DNA of 64,000 nucleotides from Vicugna vicugna. Taxonomy: Eukaryota. Shown here piece by piece: positions 52,710-64,000 of this stretch. The translations under genes and the position numbers were made by a program. Positions within the stretch are counted from its first letter, which is position 1. Each line of letters starts with the position of its first letter. The stretch spans positions 3,907,050-3,971,049 of the forward strand of contig MU058781.1 of assembly GCA_013265495.1 (NCBI GenBank). The letters run 5' to 3'. The notes below the pieces were generated by a model, which was not told the DNA's origin, ran no database searches, and saw only the letters and a list, made by a program, of their open reading frames with translations.

Positions 52710-53110
52710 GGGGAGAGGAAGGCCTCTCTAACAAGGTGACATTTGACCAGAGACCTGAATGAAGTGAGGGAGAAGCTGGGCATCTGGAGGAAGAGCATTC
52801 TAGGCAGAGGGAACAGAATGTGCAAAGGCTTTGAGGAGGGGCAATTTTGGGGTGTTTAGCTAGGGGTCCAGTAAGGTTGCTGTCGAGGGATGGAGTGGGA
52901 AAGAGGCAAGTGATGGGTCAGGGTGGTAATGGGGACCACATCAAAGTCCAGGTAAGGGTTTGCTCTGCAGAGGGGTGTGTAAACCCACTCCATGTCACAA
53001 GTGTCGCTCTGGCTGCTGTGTGGGAAGTAGTCTATAGAGCAGCAAGATTGTAAGCAAGGGGGCCAGTTGGGAGATGAGGAGGGTCATTCACTCTCTGGTG
53101 GCTATTTGGG
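52710..53110 (-). mobile_element. L2 LINE fragment
   Basis: 'aaggtgacatttgaccagagacctgaatga...agagcattctaggcagagggaacag'. Confidence 0.8.
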
Positions 53111-54428
53111 CTGCAGAAACTTGCAGGAAGGCTTCAAAGAGCCACCAACTGGCCCCCCAAGCACAGAGCCCTGGGATGGCTCAGCCCCCGCAGCAGGGAA
53201 GCCATCTGACTGCTCCCGTCCCTCCTGCCCGTCTTCCCTTGGAGACCTGCCAAGATGTGTCCTGCCCAGAAGTTGCTCACCAAGGGGCAGCTCTGATCAT
53301 GACTTGCCAAGAAGTTGAGAAGCCAGCTGGTTGCATTTTTAATCTAATTTTTCTATTATTTGGCACAAGTGCTAAAATGTCCTTTTAAATTAATTATCAT
53401 AGAACCAAAGATAGGCTCAGGGAGAAATATTGTAATTAGCAGATCCTGTCTCCTTACCTGGGGCTGCCTGACAACCACAGCACTTCCGTCCTATGCAGAA
53501 CCTCCGAATGAAAGGGTCTTGAGGTTTTGTCTGGTCTCAACTGACAAAGAAATCAGTGCATTGAGCCATGAATTTTGGACCCCAAACGACGTTGGTGAGG
53601 AATAACTCCAGTCTCCTCTTTTTCTGGACCCATAAGGTGAGTGACAGTTTACAGCTTGATTAATCGTGTTGTGCCCCAAACTTGCTCTCAATAGTCATAA
53701 AGTCCCAGTGAGAGAAGGACCTGGACTTCCAAGCAGTTGGTCTAAGGAGTTGTGTTCAATTCCTCTGTCCCCTCCTTCCTTCTTGGAACCTCCAATGGTT
53801 TCAAGGACATACCTAAAATTTCATGTCTCTTTTATGTTTGTTTAATGATGTTTCAATCTATTGTGTGATTTTTTTTTTCAAACATAATATACACCTGGGA
53901 TGTGATACTTAAAACACACATTAAAAAAAACCCAAAACAGACTCCTGGTTGAAGATGAACATGTAAAAATGTTTCTCCTGTACCTGTAATAAACGGGTAT
54001 CTATTTTAAAGTGCATTTCAAATGTGATCTTAAGCTTCTGAGATACTTAATCCCCCGTTTACAAAGCAGCGACCTGCACAATTAGAGGATGGTTTGCTCT
54101 AAGAAGGAGACAAAACCAGTGACCTTGGTAATGAGGCAGCCAGTTAGAGTCAAGTGATTTCCAGGTCAGGATCCAGGATAACATACAGCCAAACAGGGTT
54201 CTTCCCACTAATTTTGTGGGCTCAATAATGACTGAACTGGTTCTTTTTCAGCCCGTGGTGCCTGCTCTTAAGTTCACTGAGTACAGTGGTTTGGTTTCAA
54301 ATTTTGTTGGAAGAGATTTATACCATTCAAAGATTTAGATGGAAAATATGATCTTCCTTAGTAACTTTTAGAATTATAACTCTGGGGCAGATAAAGCCTT
54401 TAATTCTAAACATGAGATAAAAATAGGC

Positions 54429-54791
54429 TATTACAAGATATTGAATAGAAGTTCCCTGTGCTATATAGAAGAAACTTGGTTTTTTTTAGATCTATTTTTA
54501 TATATAGTGGCTAACATTTGCAATCTCAAACTCTAAAATTTATCCCTTCCCACCCCCTTTTGCCTGGTAATCATGAAATTGTTTACTATGTCTGTGAGTC
54601 TGTTTCTGTTTTGTAGATGAGTTCATAGTGTCCTTTTTTCTTTTCTTTTTTTTTTTAAGATTCCACATATAAGCGATATCATATGGCGTTTTTCTGTCTT
54701 TTTCTGGCTTACTTCGCTTAGAATGACGATCTCTAGGTCCAACCATATTACTGCAATGGCATTATTTTATTCTTTTTTATGGCTGAGTAGT
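54429..54791 (-). mobile_element. Young L1 3' fragment
   Basis: Same family text as 51438-52380 ('tgagtctgtttctgttttgtagatgagttcat', 'ttagaatgacgatctctaggtcca'). Confidence 0.9.
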
Positions 54792-55678
54792 TACTCAATT
54801 CTTTCTGTAAACCTTTTTGCTTTCTAATGAATCTGCTTTAAAGAAGACCCTCAGATGTGATGACTCCCTGATACAGCTCCGGGAGGTGTTCTGGAAATGC
54901 CATCATGATCCCATCAGTGATTTAAGGGAGTCCAATGGTGAATTATTTTGTCCACTGTGGAATTTTTTTTCCTATTTGAAGAATTTCCTACTCATTTTTG
55001 ATTTATAAGTTTGTATTTCCATGTGTTTGACTGTTTCAAAGCAGGCTACATAAATCAACACAGGACCGAAGGCTATGAACTTTCTGAGCAAGGCTCTCCC
55101 AAAGAGTGAATCCGTTCTGCTCCCACCTGGCCCGGTGCATTCACAACACCCCGTGGCCTGGGACAGCACTGTGCCTCAGGTCCTTTGAGGAAAGGCCATG
55201 GGAAATGCATGTGGCTCTGCCGTCACACAAGCCTGCACACATCTCCCAGGGGGCTCAGATATTGGAAAAAGAAAAGCTACTTCTTAAAAGCAAGTTTTGT
55301 TTGTATAATCAGCTCATCAGCTCTCTTCCTTTCTCTTCCTTCATTCTGAAAAAGTTCACTACCCATCATTCTGAAGGCAACTTAGCCAAGACCTTACCAC
55401 CTCTCCTTCACACTTTCCTTTTTTGCTTTTAGACCACTTTTGACATTGTTTATCTGGCTCTACGTGCGTCTCTAGCCAAGGCTGTGTGTGTCCACTTCTT
55501 TGTTGTGTGTCCTCTGTGTGCTTCTCTGTCCTCCTTTTCACCCTGCCTCTAAGTGGCCCTGCCCAGCTCTGCTCCCTGCTCCTTCAGAGCAACGCAAAGA
55601 CTGTGGGTAACACTGATGACAGTGGTGGCTAACGCATATGTGGAGCTGACTATGTGTTAAGCAACTCATTCTCTTTAT

Positions 55679-55864
55679 TTAAAAGAATTTTTTTTGGTAA
55701 TGCTTATTTTGGCGGGGAGGCAATTAGGTTTATTTATTTATTTTTTACTTTTAAATTTTTTTTAACAGAGGTACTGGGGATTGAATCTAGGACCTTGTGT
55801 ATGCTAAGCGCACACTCTACCATAAGCTATACCCTGCCCCCACCATAAGCTATACCCTCCCCCC
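55679..55864 (-). mobile_element. vic-1-type SINE with 11-bp TSD, inserted into a MIR (~55600-55960)
   Basis: 'gggaggcaattaggtttattta...gaggtactggggattgaatctagg'; TSD at(t/c)ctctttat at 55668-55678 and 55865-55875. Confidence 0.9.
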
Positions 55865-56046
55865 ATCCTCTTTATATAATTTAATTAATTTAATCCTGAT
55901 AATAACCCTATGAAGTTGGAACTGTTAGCTCCATTTTACATGTGAGGACACTGACATACAAACTCTTACAAATAAATCCAGGGGAATAAAATAAAGTAAT
56001 GCTCAAGCACACTCTCTCAGTTCCACGGGCTTCAGTATATTTGTCT

Positions 56047-56118
56047 CTGTGTGTGTGTGTGTGTGCCTGTGTGTGTCTATGTGTCTGTGTGTGTGTGTGT
56101 GTCTGTGTGTGTGTGTGT
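56047..56118. repeat. Interrupted (TG)n microsatellite
   Basis: Direct read. Confidence 0.95.
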
Positions 56119-57379
56119 AGAAAGAGAGAAACAGAGCAGAGAGAGTAAATACAGAAGACAGAATTTGGACAAACCCCCATCAACTCTTATTCCATTGCAT
56201 CCTTCATATAATGTCTTCATAAGCCTGTGGCTTTCTTTCCTTTCTGCCTCCAGCACAGTGGACCAGAAGAGACAACGGTGGTGACTGACTGTTAGGTAGC
56301 CTTGGCACCTGGTAATCACATAAAAATTGTCCTTGGTTCCTTGAGGCTTGAAGCTTGGCCGGCTGTTGCCCAGTGACCCGCAAAGCTCTGTGGTGCATTA
56401 CTGCCACCTAGAGCTGATGTGTTGAAACACAGATTCTAGATTCAGCAAAACAGAACAAAGCAAAACAAAAAGTAACCCCAACCCTGTCTTGCAGCGAGCT
56501 GTTTCCGTCTGGGTTAAAGGCTCCATTTGGACACTCCCTCTCCCTCCAGGTTTGTAGCTTTACTGGGCCTCGTTCCGCCTCTAGGAGCCGGGGCTCATGT
56601 AAAGCCTCCAGCCCAGGTAGGCTTGAGGTCCACCGTGGTCCGACGTTCACACTCTTGACTTTTCGGCTCTGGGTCGGAGGAGGAAGGCAGCCTCCAAGCT
56701 GTGGGCCAGCCCTTGGCCGACTCTCCCACGCCAGGCCTGGGTATGAGGAAGAGAGTTCGTGAGCCTGGCTGCGCAAACCAACCTGGCTTTTAGGAGGAGG
56801 AGGAGGGATGTGAGAACTATGGGGAACACGGGGCAAGCAGCTGGGGAAGGAAGGAGGAAGGGAAGGGCAGCTTGTGGAATTCCTTTGGAATTTAAAGACT
56901 CAGTTATCCCGATGATTCCTTATGAGAAGGGAAATTCTCATGATGACTCAGACACACCTACCCATTTCCCTAGTTCCATCTCTGTTACCAAAAAAAAAAA
57001 GAAAACCCAAAGGAATTTTTTAAAGCAAGGGGCCACATCCGGTGAACAAACTGGATGGTTGTTCCTTGTGGAGTTTTCAGGGTAGAAACCACAGAATCCT
57101 ACTGAAACACCTCCCTGTTACCAAGGGGAAAGGTGTCCCTTGTGCACACGACAAACCATGGAAAGCCCAGATGGGCCACATTAGCTCATCCCAGATCCTG
57201 GGAGCGGACGAAGTCTCATGTCCTACCTCTGAGCAGCCTCAGGAGCAAGTAAGGTATGCTTTGCTCCAGTCCCATGGCAGGGACCTTGAGGGCAGAGGCC
57301 AAGACTAGGGTGCAGAGGAACAGATAAAGTGGTTTTTGGTTGTTGAATGAGTGAATGAGAATAGTCACTAACCCCTAGA

Positions 57380-57570
57380 CAGCATCTGTCTAACGCCAGG
57401 CACCATTCTGAGTGTATGAATCTTCTCAATAATGTATACGAGAAATGTTATCCTCATCCTCATTTGACAGATGAGGACACTGGCTCAGAGAGGCTAAGTA
57501 ACTTGCCCAAGATCATCCATTTGGCATCCATTTGGCAACAAGCCAAGATTCGAATCCAGTCTGTGCTTTT
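57380..57570 (-). mobile_element. MIR SINE
   Basis: 'catttgacagatgaggacactggctcagagaggctaagtaacttgcccaagatca...gattcgaatccag'. Confidence 0.85.
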
Positions 57571-59534
57571 CGTGGCCGAACATTCATGGGTGTCGGGCCC
57601 CAGACTAGATGAGGCTAGAGATGGAGTGAGACACAGCTCCATCCTAACATGGGCCGCAGAGCCTCATGTCAGGGCCCAAGCCTGAACTATTTTGTATGAG
57701 ATTAGAAGCCGTGGAAGAACAACAAAGGCAGACATTTATTTCCTGGAGAGCCTGGCAGGCCTGAAGGCCCACGGAGATGGCCTCCAGCATCCAGGGAGCC
57801 TACATAGCCGGGAGTCTCTGCATCCCAGAAGCTGCGTGTCCTGGGACAGCTCTCCTAGGTCTGTGCCATGCTCTCGAGTCCGCTGATCTGGCCTCCTGCA
57901 CAAGAGCGCTCTCTGATTCTCTGGACCATCGGCCTCCAGTACCGACATAAAGTTTGCTGGAGTTTATTTCCTTGTGAAGACAAAGCCTGCAGGCAGGACC
58001 ACCAGGTGGGGAGTCTGGAGCCGTAGGCGCTAGTCCCAGTTTTGCCCTCACGTTGCTTTCTGGTCCTCACCCAGCCAGTCAGGATCTCCAAATGGCCGCG
58101 TGCGCTGGGACTGTGGTCTCTGAGAGCCTCACTTTCCTCCTTTAAAAATATGTTGGCATTCGCTCAGGGCTCTTCAAACGGGCCTTTCTGCTGCAGCGGA
58201 GGAAATCCGGTCAGCCAGCTGCAGAGCTCAGACTTCACTAAGGCTGGTTTTTCTTCAGCTCGTGCTTGAACGTGGATGTAGGAGGGACCCCCCCCCCGCC
58301 AGATGGAGCACTCTTGGCTGTCCTGCCATCAGTTCTGCGGGTCCCAACCTGCCCCAGATCAAGAGCAGCCAGGTACAAGTCGTGGGCTCACCACGTTTGA
58401 CCTCGACTGGGTTTTCTAAGTTATTCGGTACATTTTTCAGCAGTGAAGCCAAACTGGGTCCTTCCTTCAGCTTTATTCCCGTTTCTTGCAAGGTAAGAGC
58501 TTTTGTACAATTGGACACATTTTGATTTTTCCTCAATGAGAATGTTAACCCTCTTCTGTGTTATTTCTACAATAATTTGTAAACTTACTTATTTTTGCCT
58601 TTTAAAAAAAACTTTTTGAGTCAAATTTTTTTTTATACTGTGCTTATTTGTCAAAATAGGTTCTCACCTAAGAAAAGTGAATTGATTCTCAGAGGACATT
58701 GTCTGGAAGCAATACCATCCGGTTGCATGGTACCTGAGCCATGTTTATGAGAAGGAACTATGGGTGGGGCCATGATGGTTTTGACCTCGACTGGTTTTCA
58801 AATCCTTAGGGGCTGGGTTGAAAGGCCAGGGGTGACCCTGACCGGGCTCTGCGCACCCCACCATCCAACCTGAGCACCTTCACTTTACCGGGGCTTGTGG
58901 GGAAGCTTCCTTTGGATGAAGGAATCCCAGGCTTTAAAGGATGACAAGCCACCGGGTTAGACCTCTGGGAGGTCCCTGGGTCTGCCTTTCTGTGACTGTG
59001 AGGAAATGGAAGGCGACATGTGCTTTTTGTTATGAAGGCTGTGTAGAGACAAGTGCCTTGTCACCCTTTGCCAGCATGAAACCATCCCAGCGATTCCAGG
59101 CGCTCCACCCGCTCCCATCGGCTCCCTTACTCAGCGGCCTCTCGGAGGCTGTGCGGGCCCGGCCCTGCGGGCGGGAGGGAGGCCCGCCCTGGCCCGCTGC
59201 CCAGGTCCCTTGGTGAGGCCGTGGGGTGGAAGTTCCCTGCCAGCCACGCGAGGGGGTTTTCTGAGAGGGAGCTGCTTGCAGTACTTTGACATTTGAAAGC
59301 AAGGAGGGCCTTATTTAGGCTCATGGGAGTGGCTCTCTCGGCACCATTTCCTGCAAAGTCCTCTTTCAAGGACAGAGATCCTCAAACTGCGTCAGGCCTG
59401 AGTTTGCCAGCTCATTACCCATTGTCTCAGGCCCTGAGTTTGTGGGGTTACAACAAAGTGAAGCATTATGATTTTTATCACGTTCATCTTCCCCTGCAGT
59501 GTTAAACAAGATAATTAACTAAATCAGTTTTTAA

Positions 59535-59715
59535 CTCTGTTTAAACATTTAAACCACCTGAGGCAGGGGGCCAGAAAACTGCTGATGCAGGGTGCCATCC
59601 CAGAGAGTTTGATTTTATTTTAACTGCACCTTGGGGTGCAGCCTGAGGGTCAGTTTTAAAACTCCCTCCCCCCCTGGGATTCTAACTGTGCAGGCGAGGT
59701 GGAAGCCACTGGGCT
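59535..59715. mobile_element. MER5-family fragment
   Basis: 'cccagagagtttgatttt...ttttaaaactccc...gattctaactgtgcag...gaagccactgg'. Confidence 0.6.
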
Positions 59716-59746
59716 AAAGGAAATGTTCTAAAAAGACCAGTAGGAA

Positions 59747-59748
<2 letters not shown>

Positions 59749-59790
<42 letters not shown>

Positions 59791-59891
59791 ACAGACACAT
59801 ACACAGAAACACACAGACACTCATACCACACCCACACACATACGAACACACACCTACCCACCCACCCCAACCCCCACCCCCAACACACACA
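59749..59891. repeat. (CA)n microsatellite decaying into a C/A-rich tract
   Basis: Direct read. Confidence 0.95.
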
Positions 59892-61494
59892 TGCTGGATT
59901 TAATGTCTTGAAATGTGTTTGTTCAAAAATACCATTCGATAATTTCACTTCTCATTGTATAAAAGGTCACAGGGAGAATATTTGCTTCAGTGGAAAATGA
60001 CTTCTGAATCGTGGGAGTGATCAATTTAAAGAGAACAGCTAAAGTCCGGGTCTATTTATAAATGAGGTTTCTTCTACTTTCCCCCACAGTTTTCTTGCAT
60101 TTTAAGTCACGTAATCAACTGTCACAAATGGGATCATATTTTCCTCCAGGGACCCTGCCCTAATTGTTGGTTGACTCTTGATTAAGGACCGTGCATCACA
60201 TAAATCAGGGCAGTGGTCTTTCAGAAAAGCAGCTCTTCATTGGTTAAAATGCCCTTATGCTATATCGTGCAACCACCGTTCAAATCCAGCACAGGGGCGT
60301 GATGTATTGTACACACAGAGTGTAGCTGAGGTGGCTAAATGTCTATTAAATGAAGATGTGGCACAGAAAAATACACCCCCACTGTGCTATAAATTTAATC
60401 TGAAACTAAATAATGTCAGCTATGACAATTGCCTCCAAAGATTGTTCGGGGAATTAAGATGGGGATAATGTGTGTGAAAGAGCTTATTGAAAATAGCAGT
60501 TATAGCCAGTCCATTTTAAATGTTGACTGTCTGCTGGTCCCCCCGCCTGGGCGCTGAGCTGACCCCATTGCTTTTCCTTCTCACATTAATCCAGGCTTTA
60601 ACTGTGAGGTTTTGAAGCACAGCCCCGAGAAAGAAGCTGTTCCTTGAAGCCCGTGTGTTAAGAAACAGAGATGTGATATTGATGCTCAGAACCACTTAAG
60701 GAGTAATTCTGTGCAGCTCTCCCCAGCGGTTTATGGGACAGTGCTGGAGATTTGCAAAATGGATTTCATTCGATTCATATTTTGGTTCTTAATCCCCCTT
60801 CATGCCAAATTCTTCACATTTCCATTTGGTATTTCAGAACCTATTTAAATAAATCATGAGAGCTTAATGGAAAATCAAAATCAAATTAAATAAATGGGTT
60901 AACTGTTCAGCTGCTAGGTTTCACTTCAGCCACTACAGGGTGAGGAAAAACCGCAGAGCAATTTATAACTCCCCCGTCTGCTCGGGGAGAGAGCTCTGTA
61001 TCAGCCATACCCTCCCGGGCTCACTTAACCCATCTCACGTGACACGTGGAGAAACATCTGTTCTTTGACAAATACCTACATGAGAACCGTCCAAATCGCA
61101 AACCCGAGTCCATCCTGCTGCGTTTTAACTAGAAATAGGAGATCTAGCAATGGAGAATTCATTGCATGTCATTAAAGTTTATTTACCAAGCTTAATGCTC
61201 AGAAGGGAGTTAAATTCCTTAAAATGTGGAGAGTTGAAGAGAGAGTCTGACGGTGAAGAAATGTGTTTCTCTGAACTCCTTCTCTCGAAGGCTCTCAGAC
61301 GTCTTTATTCCTCCCTCGCCCCACCCCCCGCTTCACTAGCAGTACTGCTTTGCTATCTCTTGTGACCATTGTTGGATAAGTTTCCTGAAAAGGTGATTTC
61401 CCCTCATTTTGTAAGGCTGTTTTCTTGCCCTTGTTTCATCTGTCCATCTTTGCGCCCCTTACTTTGACATGCTGAAGAGTGGTCTTAGTTGATG

Positions 61495-61942
61495 GTGTAT
61501 TCGATTTTTCCAAATTTCAATGGCTTCTGAAAGCAAATGTTAATTTCTCCATCATGGGACTTTAGGTCAGCCGAGGCTCAGCTGTGGTTCACCTGGACTT
61601 GACTGGATTCCGCTGGACTTGACCAGGCTTGGTTCCAAGTTCCAGGTCCGGTTCAAGTCTGCCCTGTATGTTTTTCAGTTGGAGACCCAGGCTGGAGGAG
61701 CAATGGCCACCTGGGGCATCCTTCTCTCATGGAGATGGCAGGAATGCCAGACAGGAAGTGGAAAGACACAATGCCTCTTAGAGTCTCTTCTTAGTGGTGG
61801 CAAGCTACCATGTGTGCCACTTTCCATTGGCCAAAGCATGCCATGCGGCCAAGCTCAAAGTCAAGGCGATGGGGAGGCAGATCCCATCCTGGGGGGTGGG
61901 CAAGGAGCATGAACGCTGACTGAAGAAAAATATAATCTACTC
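61495..61942 (-). mobile_element. MaLR LTR (MLT1I/J-like)
   Basis: 'ccaaatttcaatggctt', 'ggagacccaggctggaggagca', 'ccattggccaaagcatgccatgcggccaagc'. Confidence 0.75.
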
Positions 61943-63525
61943 TAGGTGGGAGGGTGTGGAGTGCAGGGATCTCTCGATGGGTTCTTATGGAGAAAAATCA
62001 AATAGTTCTCCAACTTTTATTACACTATTAGGCTGTGCCTTTATTTTTAGTGCTCAAGGTGAGTGTGTCCACTTCTCAGGAGAAATAAGGCAGACTGAAA
62101 TATTATAACTAGTCAATAGCAATCGTGGAAAGACTTAGAGTTTATTGTGACTACCACATGCACAGGCCCTTCATGTGTCATTCGTATCGTGAGTCCTCGT
62201 TTCAGGCTTTGCAAACAATACAACTTTTTGTGACTGCACTCAATTTCGATTTCAGTTTCTGTCTAGTGCTCCCATTCCAAAGAGCTGCAGAAACTTAATC
62301 TTAGTCATTTTGAGGTTGGGGCTGGTTGGCGGTGTGTGTGGTGGGTTGTCGCCTGTCAGCCCAGGATGCTCCCCCGCCTCCTCGTTCACACCTGGCCTCC
62401 AGTCCGTGATGTGTGGGGCACCGCCTCATCCGGCTCGTTCTGATGAGGCCCCTTGGGTCTGGGTCCCCCTTGGCCACTTTTTTGCCTTTCTCTGGAGCAC
62501 AGACAATACTGAGCTGTGATTTCATCCTTGACACAGCTCCTACTAAGCTCTGCTGTTTCCCCTCATGCTGGGCTCAAGGGACTTTGAGGTCACAGGGACT
62601 TGGGTCTTTAAAGCCTGCTGGGTTTCTCCCCACCGTCTTCCCTTTCTGGGCTTGGCCCCAGCTGGGCTGAGAAGAGGTCAGAGGCAGGGCTCTTTCTGGA
62701 ACCACACGGCAACGATGAACTCTCTTGATGCCTATTGCTTTCTCTCTTCTCTCAAGGATGGGATTTTACCTCGGTTCAGTTGGGTTGACTTGGCATCAGA
62801 GCATCTTCCCAAATGTATTGTTCAGGGCATAGTTTTATGTTCTGTTACCTTCATCTTCATCCCAGTAGAGAGGTTGATGTTGAGGCAGATGAAGTCGCTG
62901 CCCAGCGTTGATGAAGTCAGGAAATGGGGAAAGGAGGATTTGTTGAGTTTTAAAGCTGGCACTCCCTCCACCAGGCTAGACTGGCTCTACAGACAAAGAA
63001 GTGTTTCTGAGAGAAAAAGGGGGGTGAGAAAAATGGGGATCTTTTGGCATTTCAACTCTCATATGAAGACTGCGGTGACTTGTGTGGGACCAAGTCAAGG
63101 AGCATTGCTGTCTTCTGCTGGGTAGGGGGAGAAGGTCTCAGTTGTTGGGACAAAGTGGAGATGGAACATTTTCAGCTCTTGTTTCTAAGTTTGCAGGACA
63201 CAGTCCAGGTGGAGAGAGTCCTAGAACTGGATCCACAGGGGCCAAGGGGCAGGTGGGCCACACTGGACTCAGTGATTGATCAGGTTTGGAGTTTGGAAAA
63301 CAGGCTTTAGTCTGTGTGCCAAAAAAACAACGCTTACACATGGCATGGTTCCTCTGACTTTGGGAAAAGACCTGGTAAATGCAGACCATGGTTCTACCTT
63401 CTCTGATTCCTGCTGCAAGTGGCATTTCTTCCATTTTGAGAGATTTTACTCATTTCAAAGCACTAGGAAATAAGCTTTTGTGATTTGTGATGAAAGCTGT
63501 ATTCCTCCTTCCCTCCTTCCCTCCT

Positions 63526-63557
<32 letters not shown>

Positions 63558-63577
63558 GCACACACACACACGCACAC
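63526..63577. repeat. (CT)n(CA)n compound microsatellite
   Basis: Direct read. Confidence 0.95.
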
Positions 63578-64000
63578 CCAGAGGGTCTCCACAAATGACT
63601 GACTTGGGGATGACACCACATTCTCTTTATTCTTTGTTAAAACCACATCTTTTCATTCTCTCTCACTCTTGGTTTCTCTCTCACTTGTCATGCTTCGTGG
63701 TGGTTTGCCCAAATATTACTCTTGCAAGATATTATCACCAAGGAACAGGGAACAGGAAATCATATAAACATTCTTATTTTGTATACCTCTTCACCTTTTC
63801 AACTTCTACACGTTTTGAAAGAAGTTGGAAGTTAGAACACTCTCCGAAGCATGACTTTTCCTGTTACTCAGCTTCCCCAAACCTCATGAAAGGAGAATAA
63901 TAGGAATGTTGACTGGGGAACACATTGGGGAGGGTCCGAGCTGCGTATCTGGCATGTCCCACTTGTGTGAAAATGTATACGTGAAAAACCTGTTGGAAGT

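Noticed and set aside
59309..59319. Apparent CArG box ccttatttagg
   Set aside because: Seven, not six, A/T bases between CC and GG.

Overview
Mammalian, repeat-rich, non-coding DNA. It is almost certainly camelid, because it carries four tRNA-Ala-derived vic-1-type SINEs and young cetartiodactyl-type L1 3' ends. I recognise no host protein-coding exon; the ORF track is essentially noise from repeats and microsatellites. Retroelements lean towards the minus strand and several strong + strand splice donors exist, so the window may be a large intron of a + strand gene, which I cannot name. The best-supported unusual object is a MULE/MuDR (Mutator-like) DNA-transposon fossil at 45254-46737. It has ~80-bp terminal inverted repeats, a degenerate 9-bp target-site duplication, and a frameshifted FLYWCH zinc finger plus the DGTF/DFE part of a MULE transposase. 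Other leads are a candidate myristoylation-coding first exon (MGTSISSK|gtaagt, 17260-17283), further orphan exon candidates, a recent 70-bp tandem duplication of an NFAT/ETS/AP-1-like module, and a multi-layer nested insertion. I found no evidence of a wholly new biological system. Repeat family names come from recalled consensus sequences, and boundaries without a TSD are approximate.
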